NCBI GenBank assembly: GCA_010093605.1
Contig: MU004193.1
Location: forward strand, 1,247,520-1,311,519
Direction: 5' to 3'
Length of the DNA stretch: 64,000 bases
Source: Lophium mytilinum
Lineage: Eukaryota
Each line of letters opens with the position of its first letter. The stretch's first letter is position 1. The notes below the pieces were generated by a model that was not told the origin of the DNA, did not search any database, and was given only the letters and a program-made list of their open reading frames with translations. Below, in pieces: positions 39,020 through 52,698 of the stretch. Position numbers and translations under genes: made by a program.

Positions 39020-40120
39020 CTAAGAGCTCCTAGCAATCTCCAGCACATCCCTCTCCAAGTCCAACCCCACAAACCCCGGAAACCCCCCCTCAGGCAACTT
39101 GCTGACCGGCTGAATCGCCACGGCCACCATAAACTCCTCCTCAAACGCCTGAATCTCCATCCTCACATCCCCCAACCTCTTCCTATGCATCCACACCTCC
39201 ACATCCCCCACCCTCTCCCCCCACGTCCCATGCGTCGAGCACCTCGCCACCGTCCCCGGCGCCGGACTCCTCACATTCCGAAACTCCAACTCCCTCAACC
39301 ACGTCGCCAACAACGCCTCCCCGGACAGCTTAATAAACGCCTCCTTATAGCACCAATACGTATAGAACCTCCTCAACTTCGCCTCGACCACCAGATCACT
39401 CGAGAAACCCACCTCCTCGCCACTGTCCAGCACGGCCCTCAACTCCTTGCCCCTCACACAACACCGATCCCCGCGCCCAATATCCGCCGCTGTCACCACC
39501 GTCCCATCCAACAATTTAAACCCATCCACCGTATACTTCATCTCCCAACTCTCCTCCTCCCCGAAAATCTCGCCATACATATCCACCCACCCCTCAAACC
39601 CCTCCTCATCAATGACCCTATAATCATTGCGCTCGTTCACGCACACGATGTCGGTCCCTAGCTCCACATCCCCGCGCTTGCACCCAATCAAGCTGACCAG
39701 CCCAGCCTGGTGCGAGATATTGAACTCGAGCGGCGCGCGCGAGCCGTCGGCGAGGATGGCGCAGGGCTTGCCGTGCTTGGGGTCGCCTTTGCGCGCGTAG
39801 CGGACGTCGGCCCACGGGATGCGGAGGGAGAGGTGGACGAAGAGGCGTTTGAGGAGAGCCGAGGCGAGCGACATGCGCGCGTCGGCGATGTGGTATTTGC
39901 GCGTGATGTGGTCGCGTTCTTCGGGGCTGACGAGGGCGAGGGCGGCGGCGGCCTAGAGAGGAAGGGGGGTTAGTTAGGTGGTTGCGCAATTGGAGCGTGA
40001 AGGGGAGCTTGAGGGAGCTGAGGGAGATGGGAGATTACGGACGGAGTCTTCGATGCGCTCGCCGGGCCAGAGGTTGCGCGTGTCGAGGAGCCAGCAGGTG
40101 AGTGCTGGCTCGTCCGTCAT
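39020..40120 (-). CDS. npgA: Sfp-type 4'-phosphopantetheinyl transferase (NpgA/PptA/Lys5), one intron
   Basis: WLLDTRNLWPG, MSLASALLKR, HGKP, FNISHQAGLV, GTDIVCVNER, WCYKEAFIKLSGEAL. Confidence 0.92.
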
Positions 40121-40407
40121 TGTCGCGTCCGTTTCCCGGTTCTGTGGGCTTAGGAGAGGGTCTCGAGTTGTTCGTGTCGTGTGTTTGGTGGAGGTGGAGG
40201 TGGAGGTGGAGATCTGATCGCAGTCCCGCCGATCGGGGAAGCCAGGAAGCTCGCGCGCGGGGATCTATTTCGGGAAACAAGCTTATCGATAAGCCCTCCA
40301 CCCTAGCCCTACATCCGTCAGTTTATTCCGACCTGCATCAATTATTCTTCTCGTTCGTCACTGAATTCCTCGTCATTGCCGCCCCGCCATACATCCAGTT
40401 CCACAAC

Positions 40408-41322
40408 ATGCCCAGCGCGCAACCGGTCACTGTCGGCGTGCTCGCGCTGCAAGGGGCGTTCAGCGAGCACGTCCAATTGCTTCGCCACGCTGCGGTTGCG
40501 CTCAAAGCACATGACTCAGAAACGCGGTTCGACTTTCTAGAGATCAGAACGCCGCAAGAACTTGTACGTTGTGATGCCCTGATTATACCAGGAGGAGAGA
40601 GCACGACAATCTCGCTCGTAGCCGCGCGCTCGGGGATGCTGGAGCCGCTGCGCGATTTTGTCAAGTTAGTCACCCTCACCGTTTCAATATCAAAACCGAA
40701 TGCGTGAATCCTATTGATACGCTGCAGGGTCATTCGAAAGCCAACATGGGGCACCTGCGCCGGTCTGATTCTGCTCGCGGAGTCTGCTAATCGTACGAAG
40801 AAAGGCGGCCAAGAGTTGATTGGCGGGCTGGACGTTAGAGTGAACCGCAATCATTTCGGACGACAGGTGGAGAGTTTCCAGGCCAATCTCGATTTGCCGT
40901 TCCTTAGAGATTCCGTTGCAGTGTCAGGCAGCGAAGCTACTCGACCATTCAGGAGCGTCTTCATCCGGGCGCCAGTAGTTGAGAAGATCTTGCCGCATGT
41001 GGATGGGATCCAAGCAGGGGAGGCTGAAAGGGAGGAGACTGTCGTTGCGCCTTCGAAGCAGCCGCTTGATAAACTTGCAAAAAAGGAGCTTAGAGCTGAA
41101 GTAGAGGTGTTGGCGAGGCTACCTGGCGATGCGACTGCGATTAAAGATGAGGAGAAGACTGCACGCGCTGCCGGAGAAGAGGGAGATATTATCGCGGTGA
41201 GACAAGGGAATGTCTTCGGGACCAGCTTCCATCCTGAACTTACTGGAGACTCGCGGATACACGTGTGGTGGCTGGAGCAGGTTCTGAACGCTTTAGATCG
41301 ACGGAAACAGATAGCGTCGTAG
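40408..41322 (+). CDS. PDX2: Pyridoxal 5'-phosphate synthase glutaminase subunit (PDX2/SNO1/PyroB), one intron
   Basis: [55 protein letters not shown]. Confidence 0.95.
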
Positions 41323-41832
41323 ACGCTTGCTGTCATGGTTGCTTCGATGTTCCCTCAAAGATCTGAGAAAGACGGAAACTCATCATTTTGAATGGTCCGT
41401 AGAGCTCCTGGGCCACCTGAGAAGACGGTGTTGGTACTTTCGGCCGTAGAGGTGAAAGGAACGAAGGAACGATACCTATAGACTTGAAAAGGCTACGATA
41501 TCTTAGATCTTCGATCCTGGTAGACGTTTTCTAGACTTTGCATGGCAAGCACTTCCGGAGCTGGAGACCTTATACGGCTTTGTAGGATGCATTCGAGGCC
41601 CATAGGGAACCAAAATATAGAAGTGTCCCCAAAAACGCCGTATTTCCTGCCTATGTTATACAGAGGGTATCCTACCACTACCTTTTTGAATGCAGACGGC
41701 TTGAATTGGATCGAGTCTGAGCATAGCCCAAATGCCCTCTAGAGAAGTCTGACGTACTATTGCACTGGGATTAGATTTGAATTAATGAGACATGTGAGAA
41801 AACATCTTACCACACAGCCCCGCCTAACCTCC

Positions 41833-42545
41833 CTACTCATCCAGATCCTCACCCAGCGCCCTCCCATACCCACCTCGTCCAGGGTCGTACTCGTCGCGGT
41901 ATTCATCGCGAACCTGACCACCAGACTTGCCACGGCCATATTGTCGACCCTCCGAGAAGCCTTCATCCAAGTCTGTGCGGATGACCCGCTCGTCCAACTT
42001 GGTGCCACCGATGTACTTCATGCAATCCAGCGCATCCTCATGACTGTAGTATTCCACGAAGCAGAACCCGCAAGGTGTTTTCTTGAACCGGTCGAGACCC
42101 ATGACCAGACGCTTGATTTCGCCGCACCTGTGATTCGCGCATTAGAGCGAGGCCCAGTGGAGAGTGCAGTGAGGGGTATACTTGGAGAAGAGTTCATGAA
42201 CCTGCTCTTCGGTGGTGTAGAAGGACCTGTGATTGTTCAGCTGCCGCCATATCGAAGTGTTGGCCTGAGGGCTCACAAGTTTCCAACGTAGAGCGTGGTA
42301 GCATCCTTCAGCTTGTCCTCGAACTCTGGGGTCCGCTCTCGCTGGTACCGGTCTCCATCGTCGCCGTCTCGATTGTACTTGCGCCGCTTGTTCTGTGAGG
42401 ATTTAGCTATGGTTTTAGAAGCTCAACCTAGACTTCGAAAGGCTGCGCATCGAGTGGGATAAGTTAAAGCTTCGTATACCTTGCTGGCAGCATAGGAGCT
42501 CGGCTTGTCCATCCGATCAACGGTGTTTCGGGTCGTGGGAGCCAT
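41833..42545 (-). CDS. CBC2: Nuclear cap-binding protein subunit 2 (CBP20), multi-exon
   Basis: [60 protein letters not shown]. Confidence 0.95.
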
Positions 42546-42961
42546 GGCTGGCGTGATTCGTTCAAAGTTGGTGGAGGTAGGTTGCGCGAAGTGAGGCTCC
42601 TCCTAGCTCGAGAAGCGCATGTATGATTAGAAGGTGGTAGAGATCTAAGACACCTCGTATGGTCTCCTGCGATAGTATTGAGTCCTTCCGACTGCAGCAA
42701 GCAAAGGCGCAAAGTGTTACGAGGTGAATGTAGATGGAGGTTGAAGCGGCCTGTCGCGTCGCTCTTTCCCGAAATGCTGAAGATGGCCCGAGCTCGACCA
42801 ACCGCGCGACTTGCCTGACTTCAAGGTGCATATTTACATTTCATTCATGTCGTCTTCCTCGCCGCGCAAAGCTTCCCATTGCACTACTCGCCACTGACTC
42901 CCTCCACCATACCTCCTACTATACTGTCGCTCTTTGGGCCCGTCTCCCGCATCCCGCGACG

Positions 42962-45657
42962 ATGCCCAAAGTCATCAGTTACACGCCGCCGTGGCTGTCC
43001 AGGCCTTCACCAGGGTTTGACTTATTCGCTCCGAAAGCCTCCTCCAAAGCTACGAACGGCCACAAAGCTGCGCAGGAATACTCCGGAACGAACAAGACAA
43101 TTGCTAAGCGGGGCACCGAAGTGTTCGTGGCTGTGGGCAACGAGATTCGGTGGTCCGACCTGGTCCTACTACAAGAGAAGAGCGAGGAGCAAGCAAACAG
43201 ACTAGGACATTCGCGATCGCGACCAGGCAGGAGTGCTGCTCAAGATGAAGTCTTACATAGGGTAAGTCTCTACGTCCTAAGACAACGGGCAAAGCACTGA
43301 ACATATTCTCTAGGTCTTGAGAGTCGGTGTCCATGGAGCCATCAAACAGCTGGTCATTTCGCCAGAGGGCGAGTTTATGGCGATAGCTACGACGCATACC
43401 ATCCACATTGCAGTTCTACCAAACTCCTCACACCTCGGCACCGAGGACACTAGCCCGCTGAAGCTGAAGACCTTCCAACTAGGCCCAACCGCACACGTAC
43501 TAGAGCAATCCCCAATAGCTTCTGTTCTATGGCACCCCCTAGGTTACCGCGGGCGATGTCTGGTCACGATCACAACCGATGCGGTGGTGCGATTATGGGA
43601 GTTAAATCGTACCAATCGGTACTCGTTCAGTGAACCCACCGTCGCGGTGGATTTGCGGAAACTTATCGACGCGACGAGTACCGAAGATGATCTGAGCGTG
43701 TCAGGCTACGCACATAGCAAGGGCTTCTCTCCCGATGCATACGAATGGGAAATTGCTTCCGCGTGTTTTGGAGGTTCGCTCGAGCAAGAAGGCATCAATG
43801 GGTGGTCTCCAATGACCCTTTGGGTGGCTATGAAAGAGGGAGATGTCTACGCATTGTGCCCTCTCTTACCCAGCAAATGGCAGGTGACTAAGTCGCCTGG
43901 AACGTCTACGATTCTACAACACCTGACAACCGCAATCGAATCTCAAAACGCGTATACCGAAGAGTCTAGCACGAAGGAGCAGCGGATATCCCAGGCCCAA
44001 TTTTCTTGGCTGTTAGATATCCTAGACCAGGAGCCGGTAGTTGAAAAGGATCATTTGGACGATGTCACAGAGATTTATAGCCGACCAGAGAGCACGCCCA
44101 TCTTTCCTAAGCTTCAAGGTCCATTACAACTGACTCCAGACTTGGACGACTCCAAAGATTTCGAAATCTCAGATATACTGGTCTTCGGTCTGAGCAATCT
44201 AGACAGCGTTGATGAGGATGGGAGCCCAGAGGGACTCTCAGCATCCGTTGTGTGTTTGCTTTCGAGCAACTGTGATGTACACATGTGCTTGGATCTCGAG
44301 GGGGTTGAAGGGCAGTGGCTACCTGCACGAGAGGTGGGTTTATCTTTTAATGAAGTTGTTTTCGACGCTAACCTCGGCACAGGACTCAGAAACAGCACTA
44401 GAGGAAGGCGACGAGGATCACACCTTACTCGTCGTTGAGACTGTACACCTGCTTCCGCGCTCATCGCAAGGCCGCCCGCTCTCCTCCCATCCGACATTCA
44501 CTCTCGATGACAGTACAGACTTCGCGTTCTTCGTGACGGACGAGAGTGGAGTGTTTCACTTGAGCATGCTGTCGTGGGTACCGGATTTGGAGAGGGAGCT
44601 GAGTGGAGCGCAGATTGAGGGCGCAGAGTTCCGATTGAACGGGTTCCTCAACCTCGCTCAGTCGGCGGCAGAGAAGATTTTCCCCCTCTCGGAAAAAGAG
44701 CACCAAGATGCGACGCACGAGATTGCGTCGTGCGTAGCCTACGATGTTGCAGACCTCGGACATTTTGTCCTCACAGCGGTTCACGGACAGCCCCTCGCAG
44801 CAACGCTTGATTCTCGTGGAATTAGTCAACCGTTCAGGGATGCCGCCAGCGAAGAGTTGGATATCCCAGATCTTCCTCTGCGACCTACCTACCAGCCACC
44901 TGCAGTCTTTTATCACCACACGAAACTCACTTCTTTCATGGATGAGAAGGTACCAGCGCGGTATAAGTCTTCCTTGACACAGGAAGTCCGACTGTCAGCA
45001 GCTACGCTCGAAATCATGACCAACGCACATCGTATACTAAGTCACGAAACCAACCAACTAGGTCTTGCTGCATCCGATCTCTTCAGTCGGTGTGAGCGCC
45101 TTAAGCTGGAGTTCAAGGCTCAGATCTTAAGAGCTGCACAGCTTGCGGACCAGATCGACAAGACCACTGGAGCGGACGAGGACACGTTTGAGGACGACGC
45201 CAGCGAGGACCGGGCGGTCGGGAAGACTCAGATTGACGATCGACTCAAGGAAGTGAAAGCGCGGCAGGCGGCGCTCGTGTCACAACACGACCGTATCCGC
45301 GCCAAACTAGCGCAGACAAACCCGCGTAAGCTCACTGAGAAGGAGCAGATGTGGATGGAGGAGGTTGAGAAGATGAGTCAAGCCATCAACAAGCAGCAGC
45401 AGCAAGATGATAGCGATAAGCCTTCGACGCTCGCACGCGTGGAGGAAGTTAGGCGGATCAAAGAGCAAGTAATTAAGGAGGCCAAAGATACTGATACTTC
45501 TCAAGCGGACGCTGGGCTAAACGGGAACGGACACGTGTTGGTGTCGTCGGATTTCCGGAAGCAGAAGGTCGAGACTATCCACAAGATGCTCGAGAAGGAG
45601 AAGGCGATGTTGGATAGTGCGCAAGACCGGGTGGAAAAGATGGCTGCGATAGTCTAG
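42962..45657 (+). CDS. NUP82: Nucleoporin Nup82, two introns
   Basis: MPKVISYTPPWLSRPSPGF, RGTEVFVAVGNEIRWSDL, LWHPLG, LWVAMKEGDVYALCPLLP; C-terminal coiled coil. Confidence 0.85.
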
Positions 45658-46982
45658 GAAATGAGGATTTGACGGAGGAGTCAACGATGGTGCATTGTAT
45701 TACTATCCCTTCAGCGTCGGCGCTTTGGATATGAGGGCTTGAATAATGTACACTGATCTGTCACTATTACTCTCGCTTGACGGTTTCTGATTGAATTTGA
45801 ACAGTGCAAAGGAGAAGTCGCGCCTTGGACGAAGACGGCTAATAAGGGCGTCACGTTGGCTGCTGGCCATCCATGGGTCTGGACTCTGCTAACGACACCT
45901 TAACTCGGCCACCTCAACACCACTCCTTTATGCGATATACAGGTAACGGTCAATATTTCCTCCAATCTATCGAATCGTCGGCGGCATTACTTCGTACCCC
46001 GCCTTGCTTTCGCTCCACGCCCAACGTCTATCACATCGCATCGGCCAATCCCGCGCCGTCCGAATGAAGCTTGGAAACCTCAAACTCAACACCAGACAAT
46101 AATGCAACTCGCACTCCCTTTCACATCGAACTCTCCAGTTCCATGCAATAAGGCTGAGGCTTCCCCCAGCTCTGCACGCCCGCCGTTGCAGTCACTCTGT
46201 ATCACCTTTCGGTCACATCAGGATTCAGTTGCGCGCGTCTGGAAGGCAGCGGAGAGGTCCCGAGTGGGCGGGCGACCTCTTTTGCGACCGCCGTTGGCAA
46301 GAGCTGCGGTGCTGCGGCGTGATGCGAACGTGTTCATCACATCACCACTCAGAGTCGCGCGCTTGAGAGGGTGCTGCACGGCGTGGAAGAGGGCGATATC
46401 AGTCGGGCGCTTAGAGAAGCTGTGGTGGAGAGGATCCGGCGCGCCCCTTGCCGAAGCCTGCAGAGATGTCACATGGCCGGCGAATCAGCGGCAACGTCGA
46501 CCTACTCACCCCGGCCCACCACTCACCCACCCCGGCCAGCGACCTGCACAAGTCCCCGGGCCGATGTCTGTCCTGCGTGCTTTCGGCTAGATCTCCCGCG
46601 CCGCACTCTTGCTCTCGAGGGTGCTGTTGCTGTGAGTGGCCGTCTTCCCCTTCGCTATCCTTGCGCTATCAATATGCGGCCAGTCTGCCAATTCGCTGCA
46701 CAACCAACTCCTACGGCTGACCTGCGTGCTCGCTGGCCGGCCAAGATGCCGCCCTGCTGGGCTCACACGCGCCGCCATTCGCTGCAGCCCCATGGCGGAA
46801 AAGGCGCACCGCTTGCTGGGGGAGCACGAGAACGCTGCCCACCCATAAGTGCAAGAAGCCCCCGCCCCAATCCGCCCGTCGTCGAGTCCACTACATGTCC
46901 TAGAGCACCTCATCCACCGTCCTGAGATCCTAAGAAGAAAGAGCTTGGAAGGGCAATCACAGCAAAAGCAACAACCACCGCC

Positions 46983-47827
46983 ATGATGTCCCTAAGATCC
47001 CTCGTCGTCCTCGCGGCCACCTGTGCCATCGCCAGCGCCCACACAGTCATCACCTATCCCGGCTGGAGAGGCAACAACATCCACACCAACGGCACCGAGC
47101 CAGGCAGCGTTGATATCATCCCGGGCTCGCTGGGCATCACCTTCGACAACGGCACCCTGGGCTTTCCCTACGGCATGCAATGGATGTATCCATGTGAGCA
47201 CGCTTCGCACACCTCGAACCACCTCAGTTGCTAATGACCTCCAGGCGGCGGTATGCCCACCTCCCGCAACCGCACCAAGTGGCCCGTCGGCGGCGGTGCC
47301 ATTGCCATCCAGCCCGGATGGTTTCCCGGCCACTCGCTGGCCCTCATCTACCTCAATATGGGCTACGGCAACGAGCCGCTGAATATGTCCCACGCCATGC
47401 TACCTGTTTTTCAAATCGCGGGTCCTACGAATGTCGAATACCCGGGCACGATCTGTCTACCGCAAGTGCCTCTACCCGCGAACTTCACGCCGGCGATTGG
47501 CGACAATGCGACCATTCAGGTTATCGAAGCCGCTCAGCACGGAGCGTCGCTTTACAACGTGAGCAACACCCACTATACGAGGGCAGCGATGAACAATAGC
47601 TAATAAATTCGCAGTGCGTCGACATCACCTTCGCCGACCCCAAAGACGTCGAAGAAGTCACGCCCCAGAACTGCTTCAACTCCTCCGGGGCAAACGACAA
47701 AATAAGCTTCAACAACGTCTACACTTCGGCCCTCCAATCCGCAGGCTTTGCATCCGTGCGGCTAAACACATACGCATCCACCCTCGCGCCGTCGCTGTTT
47801 TCGCTCGCGGCGTGGATCTGGTTATAA
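46983..47827 (+). CDS. Secreted, probably GPI-anchored copper-binding BIM1-like (X325) protein, two introns
   Basis: Signal peptide ends ...IASA giving mature N-terminal His (HTVITYPGWRG). YPCGG, RTKWP, ATIQVIE...LYNCVDITF motifs; hydrophobic C-terminus. Confidence 0.78.
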
Positions 47828-48517
47828 ACTCATCCTTCGCTGCTTTTGAACATTTAAGAAAGATCTAAGAACGAGATATCCATTTGTGGTTTTAGCCAAG
47901 GGAATTTTTGTACAGCATTTGGCGTTGTCTAAGGGTGGGCGCGGCGTTCAATCTTTGCGGAGCCAGTCGGCATTTCAGGTGTAGCTACGGAGAAGAAACG
48001 GTGACCGATTCCGCATTCACAGCGCCACTTTGTATATAGCACGGTGCTGGGGAGTCCGAGGTGTCTAGCTCGTGTTGCTTTTCGGGAGAAGAAAGACGAG
48101 GGTGTCGCGGTAATACCAGCAGCGAGCCACAGAGCTCCTGCGCTATTCGTGTTCATCACCACCGTGCGAACTGTGAATCGTAAACTCTGAACTGTGATGA
48201 CAACGAGAATGTGCACCGTGAGAGTCGGATTAGAGTAGAGAGTTGGTTTCGAAACAGAAACAAGAGATATGCAGGGTGCCGCGCACCCCACGTGCACCGT
48301 TTCAGCGTCCCGTTCCCGCGAAAAGCTTGAAGCTCGCCATCCTCGAATTTCGACCCCTCTAATAAAAATATCTCATTTGCAACACCAACGCCCACCATTC
48401 CATTACTATAGTATACAAACCCCTCCCGACCCAGATCCCCCAACCCCGCAAACTCAACCCTAGCGAACCGCGAGCGTCCCGATTCCTTATGCCAGCCGGC
48501 GCTTGGGTGTGTCCACC

Positions 48518-49497
48518 ATGCCCGCTAAACGCATCCAAGTCCCCCTCGACGACGGCTGGAGCGTCATAACGCACTCCAACCCCTCCAAATCCTCCAAATC
48601 CTCCAAATCCAAACCGCACCGAAAAACCCCCTCGATCCCTCACCCCAAAACCGCTCCAACCCACCAGAAACCCACAGACACATCCACCTTATTCGCCGCC
48701 CTCCGCGCCGGCACACTCACGCCGCGCGAATACAACGATGCTGTGATGGCGCGGACGATGGGGGGTGGGGTGGTGGGCGCGGTGATTGAGGACTTGACGG
48801 TCGAGAAGCTGGGGGCGGAGTTTGAGAGGTTGGGGCGTGTGTGGAGGAGTTCTGCGTGCCGGGCGGCGGTGGTGGGGATGCTGGAAGCCGCACGCGGGAA
48901 TGGTTGGAGTATCACAGAGGCAGTGGCGTTTGGCACGGGGAGTTTCAGTCTCGACTGGGCGATGCGGGGGAGGGCGTTGTGGCAGCTGGTTGTGTTTGTG
49001 GATGTAGTTACATCAGGTATCTATCCCCCTTCATTCAAGAAAAAAGAGAGGCATCCCGAAGCTAAGTAGCCATGCTAACACCCCCGCGCCCAGTCAAGAA
49101 AACAGTCGCGATCAGGATGTTTGCCCAAGACCCCCTCTACACCCCCCTCGATAGCGCTTTCCTCGCATCCCTGGGAATTGCGGTTGAGACGGAGGCGGCG
49201 AAGTCCCACCTTACCCCCTCCTCCTTCCTCTATGTCCCGTTCGTCGATTGGCGGATTCTGAATCTCGTGATTCTACCTGGCACGGATCCGGCGTTGTATA
49301 TTGGGAATCTTATTCAGGGGGAGATGACGGCGTTGACGCATGGGGGACCCGCCCCATTGCTGGAGGAGGCGAATGAGGTTGCGAGCGGGTGGTTGAGGGG
49401 CAGGGAGGGGAGGAGGGTGCCGGAGTTTGAGGGAGAGGGGTTGGAGGGGTTGTGGTGCTGTTGGAGGAGGGAGAAAGGGGAGGGAGGGGAGGGGTGA
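48518..49497 (+). CDS. SRR1-like domain protein, one intron
   Basis: DDGWSVIT, AVAFGTGSFS, WQLVVF, MFAQDPLYTPLDSAFLASLGI, FLYVPF, LYIGN motifs. Confidence 0.75.
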
Positions 49498-50265
49498 TGA
49501 GGGGGTTGAGTATATTGGTATTGACTTGTGGTAAGGGAAGGTAGAATACGGGCGTTTGGCTAACACCACCAGAAGGCTTCGAGGGGTGGTAATGTGGGTT
49601 ATGAGGGGCTCGAACGCTTGAATGCTCGAGAACTCGAGCAGTCGAGCAGTCGAACATTCAGACGCGTAAACACAGGACCACACCGATACCGCCGTCTGGA
49701 GCCTCGTGGAACTGGCGAGCCGACGCTGGGCCACGATTCTCAAGAATTCATTGGGGTATCTCGGGGAGTGTTTAGCAAGTCTACACGGAGTTCTAAAGAC
49801 GAAGCCCTGTTGTAGCTTCTCTTACAAGTAAGACGTTTCTTGTTTTCTTTAAGTCTCGAAGATGCTTAGCCGAGTCTTGCTAATATAGTGACTAGTTTGA
49901 GACGCAGTTTCGCATATCTGGATGTAGAATAGAGCTTGTTTTGTCACTGCCTATACATAAAGACAGTAAGCAAGTGTAGGACCCAGAGGTTCAGAGCACT
50001 CTACAGCTTTCCTTCATAAGTCAAAATTTTCTAAGGAGGGCGTATCCCTAAATGTCTAATATAACTTCCCCTCTACTCTAGCGTCTTGCAAACTCGCGCG
50101 ACCGGGACTATACACATTCCAAAAATTCCGGATCTAAGTCGAACATCCTCTATACCTCAAGGCAACCACCCCACGCCCCCCATACGCCGCCACTCCCCCT
50201 CTCCACCCATCAGCACCCGCTCATTCAACCCCTCCCTTTCCCCTTACTTTCCTGCCGCCCCTTTC

Positions 50266-51697
50266 TTACCACCCCTGCGGCGCCGGCCTCAGATCTGGGA
50301 AACAGCTTCCCCACGGCGGCAGCCCTGAACACAATTTCGCAAACATCGCCGCCCCCCTCGCGCCCGCGTAGACCGCCTCACTGCTCACAAACACCGGCCG
50401 CTCCCCCTCTTCATCACTCTCCTGCGCCGCCAGCACCTCCTCCCGCAAGATCTTGTTAAAATCCTCATCGTCCGCCGCGTCCCCATACACCACCACCCGC
50501 CCGAGCCGCGCGCCGATATAATACGACCCCAGCGCCTCGCGCAGCGCAGCACGAACAGCGCGCCAGTAGACATCAATAGGCAGGGCCGGCCGATTCGGAG
50601 CATTGCGCTTGGCCCCAGACCCGAGCGTGAAATCCACCACGCCCTTCGCGGCGTAGAAATGTGGCGCTGAGGCCAGCGGGGTGAGGTGAGCCGCCAGCGC
50701 GTGTTTGGTGAAAAGCACAGAGAAGATAGCGTCGGACGCTGATTCTGAGTCCTCGTTACAGGGGGTGGTGATGTTCAGGCCCTTGAGGCCTAGACACATC
50801 CCCGCGAAAGCGGCGTTAATAGTTGTCACGGGGTACTGTGCGGAGTCGCCGGAGCGGTGGATGTACCAGGGGAGTGTGAGCATTTGGATCCCCGCGGCGT
50901 CGGCGGCGTCGAGGAGGGGTTCGTTATAGAGGCCGGGGAGCGGGGGCGTGGTGAGGAAGACTTGTTCTAGGGGGCCACGGGGGCCGAGATAGGTGTTTGT
51001 GGCGGCTTTGAGTTGAGTGAGTAGGCTAGCGAGAACGGCTGCGTCGGGGGAAGCGGGCTGGTGGGTGAGTTCGCGAAGGTAGCGGAGCCATTGGCGGGGG
51101 AGGTCGGAGAGTTGGGCGGTACAGTTGTAGTAGGGGGGGCTAGCACGGGGGGGAGAGGTTAGGATACTGGAGGAGTTGAGGAGGGAGGGGGAGCGTACGT
51201 TGGTGTTTGAGCTGAGGATTCGAGGGATAGGCGGGTTAGAGCGGCGTTGTATTCGGGAGTGCCTTCGATGCGGGCTACGTTCACGATTGTGCCGTTGTCG
51301 AATAGAACGGCGGCGGTGCTGTGACACTTTTAGTATATCAAGCACTTCGCTAACGTGGTCGCACTTGAGGATGGACGTACGCATAACCAGCAGTCAAGTC
51401 GAACCCAACAGAAAAGGTTTGGTTCTTGAAGTTGCTACGGGCTGGTGGGAGTGGGAAAGGAGGGCTGAGGAAATTCGTATAGCAGATAATCTCTCCTGCA
51501 AACGCAGCGAAATGCCACAATAAAGTGCTTATCACAGCGAGAACGATAAGGACTTTGAAGAAAAGCGAACGGAGAATCTTTTTGCAGCATCTTCTTCGTC
51601 GACGACGCGTTTTCTCGATGACTAGAATTCTATCTGGCGCGCCTGGTGGTGGTCTAGTTCTGGGTGACAACGTTCCGTACGAGGTGTCCCAAGGCAT
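50266..51697 (-). CDS. Hypothetical membrane-anchored protein (possible actin-like/Hsp70-type fold), two introns
   Basis: N-terminal TM helix. Spliced VGFDLTAGY/ATAAVLFDNGTIVNVARIEG; C-terminal VVVYGDAA and YAGARGAAMFA. The fold is inference. Confidence 0.6.
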
Positions 51698-52698
51698 ACT
51701 GTATGTTTTTAGGAAGGGAGTTGACTTAGCTTGAATGGACGTGGAGACAGTGGGGAGGTCTGCAATTTAATGTGTCCCCCACGGGTTGGGGGCGGACATG
51801 CAGGCAGCATTCTGGGGTCACGTGAAGAGGCGCAGATGCTGGCGATGAAACAGGCTGAGTATTTACGCAGCTGTGGAGGATCATCCCTGGAATTACAAGA
51901 TACCGCTGGTCAAAGCGGAAAGCACGCAGGGAACGTTTATATAAAAAGGCCTTGAATATGATGCGGAGCAATTGCATGGCCCTTGATAAGTTACCCTTAG
52001 ATGGTAAATAAATTGGTAGCCCGTTAAACCGCAGCACCGCTGTTCGATGTAGGCTCCAAGACTCAAACATTCCAGACGTGAATGTGAAGACTTGAAGCGT
52101 GGGAATCAGAGATGTTACGAAGGTGACATCTTATGCTTATGTCTGGAATGCGCTGTTAGAAACAGCGAAGTGTTCTCATTTCTCTTTCCAGCTAGTGTCA
52201 CCGAACCAGCGTGACGCTGTCATAAACAGCTCTGTTAAGTGCCGGTCCTTGGTCCCAATATAAAGATTCGAAGCTTAGAGATGAGATGATCCATAGGGGT
52301 GTAGCGACCGAGCTGCGTCAGGAAGCCTTTGACATACGAAATATCTCATTGTCGGTAAGCAGATTTCCAGGGTAGGAGTTGATAGTTATGCGGCTGCTGT
52401 AGTGCGGCAATGACGGAGCAGGTAATACGGTGATGACGGCAATGTATAATGGCTTTGTCGCTTTGCGAAGTTAAGAGATTGAGATGTAAAGATGAAGTGT
52501 GAATGAGGGGCGCCATTGACGTTCCAGGGATAGTCTATGCGAGGAGTAGCTCGCCTCTCGCTAAGCACACCACACACAATCAACGATCAACGTTCACTCG
52601 AAAAGTGTGGAGCTTGAAAGGTTCTTTCATAGGTAGTAGAGCATTGTGTGAGAGATCATATTGCGTAGTATTTCTGCAGTTTCCAAAATAATCAATCC

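Noticed and set aside
46102..46925. Several overlapping 100-180 aa ORFs upstream of the BIM1-like gene, and antisense ORFs over GC-rich genes generally
   Set aside because: No recognisable motifs; consistent with chance ORFs in GC-rich promoter DNA or shadows of real genes.
47900..47915. Sm-site-like AATTTTTG suggesting an snRNA
   Set aside because: No U1/U2/U4/U5 hallmark sequence upstream; it lies in the likely 3' UTR of the BIM1-like gene.
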